IMG/VR virus record: IMGVR_UViG_3300044712_001084
Coordinates: 1 to 64,000 of that record
DNA length: 64,000 nucleotides
Strand: one strand, 5' to 3'
Source: a virus
Shown: positions 46,238 through 56,896 of the stretch, in pieces
Numbering within the stretch: position 1 is the stretch's first letter
Layout: each line of letters starts with the position of its first letter
Notes under the pieces: model-generated
The model's input: the letters and a program-made list of their open reading frames with translations, nothing else
Database searches by the model: none
What the model was told of the DNA's origin: nothing
Made by a program: the position numbers and the translations under genes

Positions 46238-47510
46238 CCTGCTCCTTGGACTTCATCTTACCGAACCCGGTGGTGATCAAAGCCATACTATCACCGTAAT
46301 ATTTGCAGTTGATCAAATTCAACTTGCGGCTGGAGTCACGTATCTTGGCCAAATATAATCTAGCCTGGTCTGCCTGTTCCTCGTCATAGGTCTGACATAA
46401 CGCCACGATCACGTCCGCAATATTAGCTTTACCGATATCCTCTGCGATATCTGCCATAGTGATAATCTCTTTAGCCAACGCTTCGCGTCTTGCCTGGCTA
46501 GCCGTCCATACTGGGCATAGATATTCTTCGCTGATGGCGCGTAATTCCTCGTAGTTGGCGCTCAGTTCAAAACGTCTGTCTGTGTAACGTCTGCTGGGTA
46601 TTAGCAAATCCGCATAGTCATCGATTATCAATCCAGGGTCAAAGCCTTCGCTGCGCAAACGATCTAAGTGCTGGCGCATTTCCAAGAAAGTCATCTTATA
46701 CGCACCACCAATTACTCGGATTTTACCTGGAACAGTACGCCTGGCAGCCTCCATCAAGCTGTCCTCATACTCTGGCAAGTTGCCTTCTTTGGATGGGAAG
46801 CGAAACACCATCCTGGCTGCGTAGCGTTTACATACCTGCGACACTTTCATCTCATGGGTAAAGTGCACGACATTCTTGCCAGAGCCCAACCCGGCTGCGC
46901 CATAGCCTATGCTAATCAGCGCCAGAGATTTGCCACGATTAGGAGGAGCCATGATAACACCTAGCTCAGGCACGCCCAACCCACCGTCCAGCACCATATC
47001 CAAATGATGTAATCCAGTACGCACTTTATCTGCCCAATACTCGTACAACCATTTGTCAACGTCTCTAATTGGATCTATACCAGGTGACATAATCGAGTCA
47101 CCCACAGAGACGGCTTCTTTCATGCGATCAACTAGCTGATCCACGTCTCCAGCGTTGATTTCATCGACACTCTCGATGACCGCTAGCTTGACTGCCTGCA
47201 GCCTGGCAAAATCTCTGGCTTTACTCTCTGCCAATGACAATTCACCAGTCTCATAAATATCATATATCTTGTACACCAATTCGGCATACTTTACAGAGGC
47301 TAGCGCAATTACATCGTCCGGATCATTAGGCAAGCGATTATAGGATGCCTTGTAATCCAAGATAGCCTTGGCCACGGCTTCTTCATCCTCTTGCTCAAAA
47401 TATTCTGGCTTGATTAGAGCCGTACCGTATCTGGACATCCACACGCCATCCAGCATCAACGCTAACAACTTCAATCTAAATGGCCGTTCGAACTCGTAAG
47501 TTGTACTCAT
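46230..47510 (-). CDS. dnaB: Replicative DnaB-like helicase
   Basis: APPNRGKS, HEM, IIDDYADL, VWTASQ, AED..K...AD. Confidence 0.88.
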   Translation of the reverse strand: MSTTYEFERPFRLKLLALMLDGVWMSRYGTALIKPEYFEQEDEEAVAKAILDYKASYNRLPNDPDDVIALASVKYAELVYKIYDIYETGELSLAESKARDFARLQAVKLAVIESVDEINAGDVDQLVDRMKEAVSVGDSIMSPGIDPIRDVDKWLYEYWADKVRTGLHHLDMVLDGGLGVPELGVIMAPPNRGKSLALISIGYGAAGLGSGKNVVHFTHEMKVSQVCKRYAARMVFRFPSKEGNLPEYEDSLMEAARRTVPGKIRVIGGAYKMTFLEMRQHLDRLRSEGFDPGLIIDDYADLLIPSRRYTDRRFELSANYEELRAISEEYLCPVWTASQARREALAKEIITMADIAEDIGKANIADVIVALCQTYDEEQADQARLYLAKIRDSSRKLNLINCKYYGDSMALITTGFGKMKSKEQDA

Positions 47511-48124
47511 TTCAATACACCAATAAAATCATTATAGTCGTGCGCAGATCGCAATGATAATTCCTCGGATAATACATCAATCGCTCTGGTAATAAGTAAT
47601 TGGCGTTCTGGAAGCTTGTCTCGATACATGCGCAACCAGGATGGGCTCAGTAGCGGCTCTATACTCATCACCAAATCCGACATGCGCACACGACCCAGCA
47701 TGGCTATGTATTGCCGCGCCACGGTCAACTCCGATTGCAATAATTCCACGTCATTCGTGTCTATAATTTCCACCGATTGAGAGCCGTGCACTTTCATAAA
47801 GCGCTTCATGGCCCATGGGCTCAGGAATATATGAGAGGGAATGTGAGGCAATTCACGACCTATAGCCCAACGCTTCAATATCCTGGTAACAGTGAACGCG
47901 TATTCACGACTGGATATGCCTTGGTGCATCAAACTGGCTTCCAAATCCGAGAACTTGGGCCATAACTTAGATGACACATAAACGGTCACGCCAAACACCT
48001 CACTCTGTGCGCGTTGATAGTGCATGACAATGCCTGGCTTACATATAGCGGACTTCGAAACCTTCTGCATCATATGTGTCCATCCTCTCACTAGATTGGT
48101 GTAATAAATGCTCGTTGGTATCAT
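47507..48124 (-). CDS. Hypothetical replication-cluster protein
   Basis: Between helicase genes; start uncertain. Confidence 0.5.
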   Translation of the reverse strand: MIPTSIYYTNLVRGWTHMMQKVSKSAICKPGIVMHYQRAQSEVFGVTVYVSSKLWPKFSDLEASLMHQGISSREYAFTVTRILKRWAIGRELPHIPSHIFLSPWAMKRFMKVHGSQSVEIIDTNDVELLQSELTVARQYIAMLGRVRMSDLVMSIEPLLSPSWLRMYRDKLPERQLLITRAIDVLSEELSLRSAHDYNDFIGVLK

Positions 48125-49412
48125 CGATAAAATCCATAACTAGCAATCGATTATCACCAACCTCTTTCTGGCGCAGACCTCTGCCAATGCGTTGTAACAG
48201 TTTTACAGAGGATGCGCCAGACCCAGCTAGAACCACGGCATTTACGCTGGGCACGTCTACGCCCTCGTCAAAAATAGATGTAGCTATGAAAATCCCTTTA
48301 CCCAGGCGCATTCTATCCAAAATAGACAAGCGCTTTTCAGTACTATCAGAGCCGCTTACAAATATAGACTCCCGCATAAGACTTTCCAGCAACTTGCCGT
48401 GCTCTATCCGATTTACCAGTATCAATACAGCACCGGATATGCTACGGGCAAATTTGACGATAGCGGCATTACGTTTATCGTGATTTACAATCAACTTGCT
48501 GTAAGCATCTTGATAATTCATATCCCACAAGTCATCGTCTTTTTCCTCGATAACCGCTATATGAACTATAGGCTCAGCTGAATAGCCTTTAGTGATCATG
48601 AACGCATTAGTCACCTCGTATACTATGGGCCCAGTGGCTGCCATCAATTTGAGGTCGTTCAGAGCCTCACGCTTGAGAGGTGTACCAGACACGCCATAGC
48701 GATAATTCCCAGGTATACTCATAAATACGTCCATGGCCTGGTCTGATGGCAGTATGTGGCACTCGTCAATAAATACGATCTTATTGTCACTATAGGTTGG
48801 CCACAATTCATCGATAACCGCTAGACGGCTGGACAGCGTCTGGATCATGGCTACGGTCACATAATCTGGTGACCAAATCCCATCGCCAACCATACCCACG
48901 TTAGTTATACCACGTTTGATAAAACGCTCTGCTGTTTGATACATTAGCTCTTTGCGGTGCGTCAGTATAATAGCAGGCAATTCCATAGCCTTTAGTACAG
49001 CCGCCATAACCTCTGTTTTACCTGAATTGGTGGCCATCTTAGCCACGCCGCGTCTGGCGTATATTAGAGCATTGGCAGCTTCCACTTGATAATCGCGCAG
49101 CGTTATATCCTTTAATATAGAAGAGTCCACCACCTTGTCCATAGGATTAGCCACGTCATTGGTGTAAACGCACTCCACGCTATGGCCATTATTCAATAAG
49201 GCTTGCCGAACTAACTCCAGCAAGCCACTTGGGAAACTGCCAAAATCCTTCATTAGGGATATATAACCATCCCAAAATCCAGCCTTGAATTTTGGCATGT
49301 ATTGATAGTTATTAGGTCTTGCGCGGCATATATCGCGTATAACTGCTAATGCAGCCGCGTTATGAACTGGGTCGTGGATAGAGGAATATAGATCACCAAC
49401 TAGAATTTTCAT
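48039..49412 (-). CDS. SF2 helicase (UvsW-like)
   Basis: LRDYQ, ATNSGKT, DECH, SGTP, QRIGRGLR. Confidence 0.88.
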   Translation of the reverse strand: MKILVGDLYSSIHDPVHNAAALAVIRDICRARPNNYQYMPKFKAGFWDGYISLMKDFGSFPSGLLELVRQALLNNGHSVECVYTNDVANPMDKVVDSSILKDITLRDYQVEAANALIYARRGVAKMATNSGKTEVMAAVLKAMELPAIILTHRKELMYQTAERFIKRGITNVGMVGDGIWSPDYVTVAMIQTLSSRLAVIDELWPTYSDNKIVFIDECHILPSDQAMDVFMSIPGNYRYGVSGTPLKREALNDLKLMAATGPIVYEVTNAFMITKGYSAEPIVHIAVIEEKDDDLWDMNYQDAYSKLIVNHDKRNAAIVKFARSISGAVLILVNRIEHGKLLESLMRESIFVSGSDSTEKRLSILDRMRLGKGIFIATSIFDEGVDVPSVNAVVLAGSGASSVKLLQRIGRGLRQKEVGDNRLLVMDFIDDTNEHLLHQSSERMDTYDAEGFEVRYM

Positions 49413-49490
49413 GGCCGCCAGCCTTGCTTGAAAGATAGATGCGAAGTTGCTATACCTCGCATCTATCTTTACTAAACTTGCGGAGCTAAC

Positions 49491-49988
49491 CTACGCTGGC
49501 CGCTTAGCTAGATACAACGTAGTTTCCATTGTATCTGCAGCGGCAGCCACGGCTGTCTTATCATAAACCTTTATGATGTAAGCTTCCGGCAGAATGAGGC
49601 CACTCGGCAGCGTCACGGTCAGGTAATCGGTATTTATGAAACTGGACATCTGCGACAAGCCCAACCCAAATTGATAATACCTGGTCAAAGACTCTGCCTG
49701 GACTGCTCCAGCCATAATGCGCGCTATGATAGCCGATGCATTAGTCAGGAATTCCAGAGTCAGTACGCGATTGCCAGCCGTAGCGGACGAGACGTATTTG
49801 ACGTGCAATCCATCCAGCCGCCATTCCTGGTCAGCGGTCACTGCCCACGTTTTGACGCTCAGTGACGGAGTTATATCACGCGTGATTTCATTTACAAAAC
49901 CATCGCGCATGATCAGACGTCCCTCGGTGTCGCATAAATTCCAATAGGACGATCCACTACCAGTCTTGTTAGTATTGCCTACACCCAT
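49491..49988 (-). CDS. Small virion/tail protein
   Basis: Last gene of tail operon, beta-rich. Confidence 0.5.
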   Translation of the reverse strand: MGVGNTNKTGSGSSYWNLCDTEGRLIMRDGFVNEITRDITPSLSVKTWAVTADQEWRLDGLHVKYVSSATAGNRVLTLEFLTNASAIIARIMAGAVQAESLTRYYQFGLGLSQMSSFINTDYLTVTLPSGLILPEAYIIKVYDKTAVAAAADTMETTLYLAKRPA

Positions 49989-49989
49989 A

Positions 49990-50823
49990 TTATCCCTCCA
50001 CTATGTGCTTGGATAGCACTACATCTATTTCAGCCATGGCAGCCGCTAACTGATTGGTTACATCCGATATACTGAAGATCACCCTTGGGTCTTCTACAAT
50101 ATCTGCCTCGGATACATAAGTCATGCCATAATAGAGCCGTATATAAGCCAATGGAAATATACCAGCTGGCACGGCTTGCTTTATTGGCGCTGGCTCTAGC
50201 GTAAGCTCTCCGTCAACCACTACAGCTGTATTCGTGCTTACGCTCAACCCAACTAGCACAGTACGAAAATAATCCACGGTGCCTGGTACATAAGACACTA
50301 ATGACAAATAATTAGTGCCATCGTACGTAACAAACGCACCGTTTACAGAATATCTAGCTGGAGCTACGCCCACGGATACGTCAGACAATAACGTATAAAC
50401 ACGCAACGGTGCGATAGCTCTTGGAAATACAGACACAGCATCGATACCTGGAGCCATGTCAGGCCACTCGTGCGTGTTTCGGTGTCTAACTAGGTTATAA
50501 GTCATGCCGTTCGCGTCATCTGGCATCATGACAAACGCAGACCAATTCACGCCAATAACCATGCGCCTGAACGGAGCGGCTGGCTCTTTAGAGATTAGCA
50601 CTGGTAAACCAACCAGAGTTTGAACTGATGGATTGAAGCATTGGTATATGGCACCGTCCTGGCTCTCTTCGCGTACCCATATATAATTAGCTTTACCGTC
50701 CACCGAACAATCGTTGCTGTAATCTATGCCAACTGTTACACCTCTAGCGTAATTGCGCTTGGACTCGAATGACTGGTCCTCACGCTTGGCCGATGCTTTG
50801 ATAATATCCCTGGTTGACGCCAT
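49990..50823 (-). CDS. Minor tail protein
   Basis: Position after tail tip gene. Confidence 0.5.
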   Translation of the reverse strand: MASTRDIIKASAKREDQSFESKRNYARGVTVGIDYSNDCSVDGKANYIWVREESQDGAIYQCFNPSVQTLVGLPVLISKEPAAPFRRMVIGVNWSAFVMMPDDANGMTYNLVRHRNTHEWPDMAPGIDAVSVFPRAIAPLRVYTLLSDVSVGVAPARYSVNGAFVTYDGTNYLSLVSYVPGTVDYFRTVLVGLSVSTNTAVVVDGELTLEPAPIKQAVPAGIFPLAYIRLYYGMTYVSEADIVEDPRVIFSISDVTNQLAAAMAEIDVVLSKHIVEG

Positions 50824-50829
50824 ACTGCC

Positions 50830-53679
50830 TCACTTGTCGCAAATGTTGTAGATGTATATACCGTGCACGGTCATACGTGTAACACCAGCACGCGTTGCTC
50901 CGGATATGCGTATCATATAATCAAATCCACAGTTATCCGAGTTGTTGCTATCCGGTGCCTTCATATACAACTTATCTGTAACTGGCTTTACATAGCACCA
51001 TGAATACGAGGTCGTGCCATCACTATCACCAAAAGCCAGTAAAAAGTCTGACCATACCGCGCCACCTATAATCTCCACACCAAGAGGGCCAGTTGACACC
51101 CCATCTGTTATGGCAAAGTATAAATATTGCGGTCCTGAGCATCCAGGAAGCGCTGTCCAGTAACCGCTGTAGGACTCCACCTTATATACACTTCCAGGCA
51201 CTAGATTGTCAATCACCATATAAGGGTTATAGTAATTGACGTTCAGTGCAAAATCCGCTAGCACAGCGCCATCAGTGAACTCATATCCAGGTCTGGCCAC
51301 GGCTTGGAACACTAGCGCATCGATGACCTGCGCCTCCGCCAAATTCAAGAACCTTACCACGCGATAGCCGCAACCGTTATTATCCGTGTACAGCGTCACC
51401 GTGCCTGTAGCCACGTTCACGCCATTACGCTGGCCATAAACGCGTATCCAATCCACAGTCTGCGTGGGTTCCCACACGCTGCTCAAGCGCTCGTAAAAGC
51501 ACCCATCAATGATAATATACGTCCATTGACCGTCCAGAACAGAGGATTTGCGTAGCACGACCTCGCATGGCACGGTAATCTGCGTAGAACCATAAGCACT
51601 CTCAGAGAATATATCGAAGCCGCCATGAGAGAATGGACCATTATAGCCTGGATTTATAGCCAAGCTGCACTCGTTGGGCCATACCGTGACTATATTATCA
51701 ACCCACCCATCACCTGGTATCTTGGGAGGCAATATTGATGGCGGCTTGAATGGATTAGGTGGAACCACTGGTAAAGTTGGAGGAAGAACTGGTGGATACG
51801 TGGGATTGGTGGTATTATCGGGAATCTCCGGAACTATGACGGTCACGCCATCCACGCTATCCTCTATAACTGGCTCTAATCCGATTGTGGGCAAAGCCAA
51901 GCCAGCACTCATATCTAATCCGCTATCAACCGTGCGTATCAGATAATCGCCAACCAATCCAACACCTCTAGCAAAATAAGACCCAGGAATATTCAGAGTG
52001 ATAAACTGCTGGGGCACCACGTCCACCGGATAATTACCTGCCAGACCCAGCGACACTTCTTTCACAGTGGATTGTAATATGGCATAGAGCCGTCCAGATA
52101 TGAAATTCAGCTGCTCTTGGCTCTCTAATACCTGGCGCTCCACAGACGCGTGTGAAGATCCAACGGCATCTGGTAAAGTGCCTGGAGCCAATGACATTAT
52201 AGGCAAGTATTTATCCGTGGCATCATCCCAATACACGCCAGACACCGTAATGGATGCCGTGTCATTATCCTCGTTTCTGGAGAATTCCACGCCAGAGTCT
52301 AGCCGTCTATCGGTATCTTCCATTTCAAATAGAGCCAAGCTATCTATGCGCCGCGCATCTGATAATGTATTGTAATCCTCGGTGACATAAACCTGGCCAC
52401 CTTTGTTACAGCATACATGGGCAAATATACCGTATTGGCGCGCAAAATTATCCGGCATAGAGTACAGAGTACCAGTTTCCAGGTCATCGCAAGCTGGTAA
52501 GCGTAAGGTATTATCAGTGGGTAGAAATACATCAGCGATATCCATCAACGTGGAATGCCACTGCCAGAAATAATGAAGCACGCCAGACACGGTCAGAGGC
52601 TCTTTGTACTGATACCAAGTAGTGGGGTCATCCGCTACTTCCTCAACGCTCATGGAATACATATAAAACGAGTCCAGTATGCCGTCCACAGTGACCAATG
52701 ACAAACTAGCCGTATTGTTGGCATCGTCTCTAGAGGATTTATCAGAGCGTATATACCCAGCAAATTTTATATTGCCGCACGCGTCCATGTAATAGGTATC
52801 ACCGTCAAATGTTTCCTCAGTCCATAAGATTATCATGGAGTTGTCTGGTATAACTGACGTAGAAGCATTAGCGCCATGTAGCTGTATAGAGGCTTGCCAG
52901 CCGCCATCATTCCAACTGCCAGCTGGCTTGGACTCTAGTTCGAAGTCCAGTATGGGCGCATGGGTACCAGTCGGCTCGTGGATACGAATAGGTCTGCGCG
53001 TGGTGCGCGTTTTATCATTCGAGTCTGTAACGGTCAGACTCAGCCAATATAAACCCGGCTCTGTAAACGTGATCAGAGTTTGAGCTATATTAGGATTAGT
53101 TATAGTACCACCAGTGCACTCCCAGTAATATCCTGTAATCGTGGCTCCATGAGCTATGGTATAGCTAGCCAACGCGTTCAGCGCCATAGATAGCTGCGTA
53201 CTTCGCAGCATACCCACCTTGGGACAACCCGCTATGGCAACTGGCGGTGGGTACAACGTCTGGTCCAAATACGCTATGTCACGGTCCTTGTAGAACGTAT
53301 AAGCATCAGAGTCATCTATCCAAGGATATATTGGCCACAATTCCCAATAACGATATATGCGCAAACCCATATCCAGACTCCAAACGATATTATTTTCATC
53401 CAGAGTCAGTGTATGGTTATCTATAGAGCGCAATCTGCGCTTGGACACAATAGCGCCAGAAGCTATGTCATAGACCTCTATAGTATTGCCTGGCCTGGCA
53501 TCCGTTATAGAGCCTGACAAATCGCTAACTGTTATGACGCGTGCGCCACGCTCTGGAACGTATAACCCAGTTACATGGCCTGTATAAATTTCCACTGGGG
53601 TGATAGCCGTCATATACAGCTTGACCTTGTGTGGATGCTTACCACGCAAACGCGATAATTGTTGGGCAGTTAGACTCAT
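50830..53679 (-). CDS. Large tail tip/hub protein with PKD-like domain and Pro-rich linker
   Basis: ITGYYW..PGLYWLSLTVTDS (PKD-like); follows tape measure and distal tail genes. Confidence 0.6.
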   Translation of the reverse strand: MSLTAQQLSRLRGKHPHKVKLYMTAITPVEIYTGHVTGLYVPERGARVITVSDLSGSITDARPGNTIEVYDIASGAIVSKRRLRSIDNHTLTLDENNIVWSLDMGLRIYRYWELWPIYPWIDDSDAYTFYKDRDIAYLDQTLYPPPVAIAGCPKVGMLRSTQLSMALNALASYTIAHGATITGYYWECTGGTITNPNIAQTLITFTEPGLYWLSLTVTDSNDKTRTTRRPIRIHEPTGTHAPILDFELESKPAGSWNDGGWQASIQLHGANASTSVIPDNSMIILWTEETFDGDTYYMDACGNIKFAGYIRSDKSSRDDANNTASLSLVTVDGILDSFYMYSMSVEEVADDPTTWYQYKEPLTVSGVLHYFWQWHSTLMDIADVFLPTDNTLRLPACDDLETGTLYSMPDNFARQYGIFAHVCCNKGGQVYVTEDYNTLSDARRIDSLALFEMEDTDRRLDSGVEFSRNEDNDTASITVSGVYWDDATDKYLPIMSLAPGTLPDAVGSSHASVERQVLESQEQLNFISGRLYAILQSTVKEVSLGLAGNYPVDVVPQQFITLNIPGSYFARGVGLVGDYLIRTVDSGLDMSAGLALPTIGLEPVIEDSVDGVTVIVPEIPDNTTNPTYPPVLPPTLPVVPPNPFKPPSILPPKIPGDGWVDNIVTVWPNECSLAINPGYNGPFSHGGFDIFSESAYGSTQITVPCEVVLRKSSVLDGQWTYIIIDGCFYERLSSVWEPTQTVDWIRVYGQRNGVNVATGTVTLYTDNNGCGYRVVRFLNLAEAQVIDALVFQAVARPGYEFTDGAVLADFALNVNYYNPYMVIDNLVPGSVYKVESYSGYWTALPGCSGPQYLYFAITDGVSTGPLGVEIIGGAVWSDFLLAFGDSDGTTSYSWCYVKPVTDKLYMKAPDSNNSDNCGFDYMIRISGATRAGVTRMTVHGIYIYNICDK

Positions 53680-54116
53680 GATGAAGGATATACCTGGAGA
53701 TTGATAAATCGCAATTGAACCGTCTGCACCACGTAAGGTGACTTGGCCACAGGCATGCCCTCTGGACCGTGAAGCAAGGGCTTCCACATAACGCAACTAT
53801 AGGTGGCAAAGGCATTGCGCGGCAGCGCGTTGGTACCGTCTCGCAAATCGGTATAGATATACACGCTGGCTGATTCTCCACCGTCCAGGTAGGCTAGTAA
53901 ATTGGACAAACGCGCCAAACTTATCATGTCCCATACCCAAAACGCGGTGGCATAGCCGTCTCCAACGCGGCTGTAATCAGCCCGCATGTAGAATGCGCTA
54001 GCTGGCTGGAATATAACCTGATCTGGTACAGCTACACCTAGATCACGCAAACGCGCCATTGACCCAGCACTTCTTCCTATCTTATAATCGGTATCAAGCA
54101 CGTATCGATTTGCCAT
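53676..54116 (-). CDS. Putative distal tail protein
   Basis: Immediately after tape measure. Confidence 0.5.
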   Translation of the reverse strand: MANRYVLDTDYKIGRSAGSMARLRDLGVAVPDQVIFQPASAFYMRADYSRVGDGYATAFWVWDMISLARLSNLLAYLDGGESASVYIYTDLRDGTNALPRNAFATYSCVMWKPLLHGPEGMPVAKSPYVVQTVQLRFINLQVYPSS

Positions 54117-56643
54117 TGCGTGCCCTTTCAATCTCATACAAAGTATTCAAAACCACGCGCTGAATGTAGGGTTCCATTTGTGGCGCATCTAGCTTTACAG
54201 TAATATCTACCGCTTCGCGATTAGAGCCGCCAACTGATGGCACTCTAGCTGGCGATGGAGGCATTGACCCCAGGGCAGATGCGGTCATAGTCGTTGGCGT
54301 AAGCATAGAGGATACTAAACCAGCTTGGCCTATTTTACCGTCATTGTCATAATCCCTGTTATCGCGTATCTCCTGATCATGGAGGTCTTCGGTCACGCTG
54401 CTGCCAGCCTCTCCACCTCCAGGATTAGATATAATCTCATCAGAGCCGCCAGACGTTCCACCTCCGGACATACCGCTATAATAAGAGTTTATAGCCTCAC
54501 CCAACGCTTTGAAATAGCCACCCCAGTCATCGAGTAAAGTCTGTAAACCCTCTCTGGTGACGGCATCCATTCCAGCAAATTGCTTCACCATATCATCCAG
54601 CATCTTGCGCGTCTGACGATCACGATCTTCCTGCGCCCACTGGTCGTGTAATTCCTTTAGCTGGCGCTGTCTATCCAGATTGCGCTGATATGACTCCAAT
54701 TCCTTTACGCGTGCCTCTTCTGCCTTGGCCAGCTGCTCCTGCATGGTGGCATTGATCTGCTCCATAGCCTTGTCAAAATTCTCTTGAGCTTTTTTACGGC
54801 TGTCTTCATAGGTCTTCTTCTCTTGCTCAAGCTGGCGCTTGTTACTGCGAATAAGAGCCAGTAAACCCACGGCATCACGTCTGCGCGCTAGCTCGCTAGC
54901 GTTGAAGTTGAATTCCTCTTGGATTTGCTGTAAGCGCTTACGATAATCCTCTTCTGCGTTCAGCCGTGCCTCGTTTGCCTGCTCCAGCAAATGAGTCTTG
55001 GAGTCCTCGCTGCCTTCCATAATCTGACGTATGCGCTCAGCGTGGGTGCGGGCCATATCTTCCTTGGCCCACTGACCTCGCAGTTCTTCCTCTATCGCAT
55101 CGCGTTGGGCTTTGATCTGGCGCTCCAACGCGTCATCCTCCATACTCTCTTTCATTTGTTTCAGCTTAGCATTGGCTAATGACAATGCGTCAGCCAATTT
55201 ATTGGCCTGTATCTCAGCGTATTTGCTGGTAGCCTCTCCTGCATTCTCTGTAGCCGTCTCGTTCTCTTTGATCAACTCGGTGGACTCTCGAACTGATTCA
55301 TTGAACCAATCCTGAACCTGCTGCCATTTATCCACTTTGAATGTATCTGATATGGCATCCCTGGCTTGCATAGCCTCTGCTATAGTGTTAGCGTTTATGG
55401 AAGATGGATCCAAAGGATTTATAGACGCGGCAGCCTTGACAATCGTAAGCAAATTCAAGCCTATTTGAACACCCTGCTCCCAGGCTTTGAATAAAGCTGT
55501 AAATCCAGCGCGCACGAGGATGACAGACTTGGTAGCCGTGTCTAATATACCTGCCACGTCAGTCAAACTGTCTAGAAAATCTGACATGGCCTGTGGATTA
55601 GTCGATAACAATTCAAACAATTGCGATATCGACTGCCAAGCCATATCTCCTACGCTGGCTATCTGACTCATGGCTTGTTTTATCGTATCCAATAATATAG
55701 ATATCAAATCTCCGGCAGACGCAGCAGTAGCCTCCAACTCACTTTGGTGAGCCTTCAAAAAGTCCAGGATATCTGCCAGCAATTCTTTATAAGTGGTAAC
55801 ACCTTGAAGATAGCCAGCCTGGAATAGGCCACCAAAAATCATACTAATTTCTTCTTGATAACGCGGCAACGAGGTCAACTGCTTACCCACGGTACCCATA
55901 GCTGCCTCGTAAGTTCCTGCTATGACTTGACCTTGCCGCAAGACCTCGTTGAGCGCCACCTGCTTGCGCTCAGTGTAAGTCAACTGCTCAGCCGTCTTGC
56001 CAACCGTGGCAGCATAACGCGTATAAGCGCTCTGGAGGTCCACGGTGATATTCATATTACGTAATATCTCTGGCTGGAGAGTGACAATTGCGCTGGTAAT
56101 TCTCTCGAATGCCTGGGCACTCGTGATGCCAGCGTTTACAGCCGCGTCTTGCGATACACGCGCCAGATCAGAAGCCTTGCTTAGATCCAATTCACTTTGG
56201 GCCATTTGAATCAGCGCGTCTCTAGTCTGCTGCGTGGTAATTCCTCTGCTCTTTACCGACTCTTCGAACGCCGCCAACTGATCAGCCGTATAGCCAGCAT
56301 TGCGGCCAGCAATATTGAGGGATACGCCCAACGTGTCTACCCTGGCTCGCAAATCCGCTGATGACTTGGCAAAATTGAAGAATGCGTCCACACCAGCTTC
56401 GGCCATTTCTACCAGTTTCATAGTCAAGCCACCGATAATACCGCCAACCATACCCATCTTCAAGCCAGCATTATCTACACTTTCTTCCACACCCTTGAAA
56501 CCGTTGGACGTTCTGCGCTCCATATTATCCAGACGGTCATCAAAATCCTCGAAGAACTTGTATGTCTGATCCTCTATAGAGGCTCTGAATAGCAAATCTC
56601 CGGCATCTGGTACGGCTGGGATATCATGCGATGTTCTGGCCAT
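54094..56643 (-). CDS. Tail tape measure protein
   Basis: Helical Ala/Gln-rich, long coiled coil, follows tail chaperones. Confidence 0.85.
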   Translation of the reverse strand: MARTSHDIPAVPDAGDLLFRASIEDQTYKFFEDFDDRLDNMERRTSNGFKGVEESVDNAGLKMGMVGGIIGGLTMKLVEMAEAGVDAFFNFAKSSADLRARVDTLGVSLNIAGRNAGYTADQLAAFEESVKSRGITTQQTRDALIQMAQSELDLSKASDLARVSQDAAVNAGITSAQAFERITSAIVTLQPEILRNMNITVDLQSAYTRYAATVGKTAEQLTYTERKQVALNEVLRQGQVIAGTYEAAMGTVGKQLTSLPRYQEEISMIFGGLFQAGYLQGVTTYKELLADILDFLKAHQSELEATAASAGDLISILLDTIKQAMSQIASVGDMAWQSISQLFELLSTNPQAMSDFLDSLTDVAGILDTATKSVILVRAGFTALFKAWEQGVQIGLNLLTIVKAAASINPLDPSSINANTIAEAMQARDAISDTFKVDKWQQVQDWFNESVRESTELIKENETATENAGEATSKYAEIQANKLADALSLANAKLKQMKESMEDDALERQIKAQRDAIEEELRGQWAKEDMARTHAERIRQIMEGSEDSKTHLLEQANEARLNAEEDYRKRLQQIQEEFNFNASELARRRDAVGLLALIRSNKRQLEQEKKTYEDSRKKAQENFDKAMEQINATMQEQLAKAEEARVKELESYQRNLDRQRQLKELHDQWAQEDRDRQTRKMLDDMVKQFAGMDAVTREGLQTLLDDWGGYFKALGEAINSYYSGMSGGGTSGGSDEIISNPGGGEAGSSVTEDLHDQEIRDNRDYDNDGKIGQAGLVSSMLTPTTMTASALGSMPPSPARVPSVGGSNREAVDITVKLDAPQMEPYIQRVVLNTLYEIERARNGKSIRA

Positions 56644-56650
56644 ATTTACC

Positions 56651-56896
56651 TCACTTCATCACTAACTCTTCTTGTAGTGTAGTCAACCACTGGCGTCCAA
56701 CGCGTGCTGCTATCATAACATGTCTGGTGTATAATGGCAATGCGTACCATTGTTCATCGAACGCTATACCATGAGCCTGAGCCGTCTCTACAGCTAGCAA
56801 GCGCACATTGAATTCCACCGGACTGGTGTCCATCTTAGTGGCGCTTGCGAACCTTTCTGCTAGTACCAGATGGAGAAGTTGGCCGTTCCACTTCAT
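56651..56896 (-). CDS. Tail assembly chaperone C-terminal (T-like) frame
   Basis: Overlaps upstream chaperone in +1 frame; W..LP...R..M.A pattern. Confidence 0.6.
   Translation of the reverse strand: MKWNGQLLHLVLAERFASATKMDTSPVEFNVRLLAVETAQAHGIAFDEQWYALPLYTRHVMIAARVGRQWLTTLQEELVMK

Larger units (their letters stand above)
2379..49481 (-). promoter_or_regulatory. Dispersed motif RCAAGTTTAKTA (about 16 copies), candidate phage-specific promoter
   Basis: Plus-strand AMTAAACTTGY at 2379, 3247, 4377, 4492, 4607, 5491, 6803, 9541, 10535, 11005, 11477, 30722, 35188, 38377, 42626, 49471. Confidence 0.75.
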
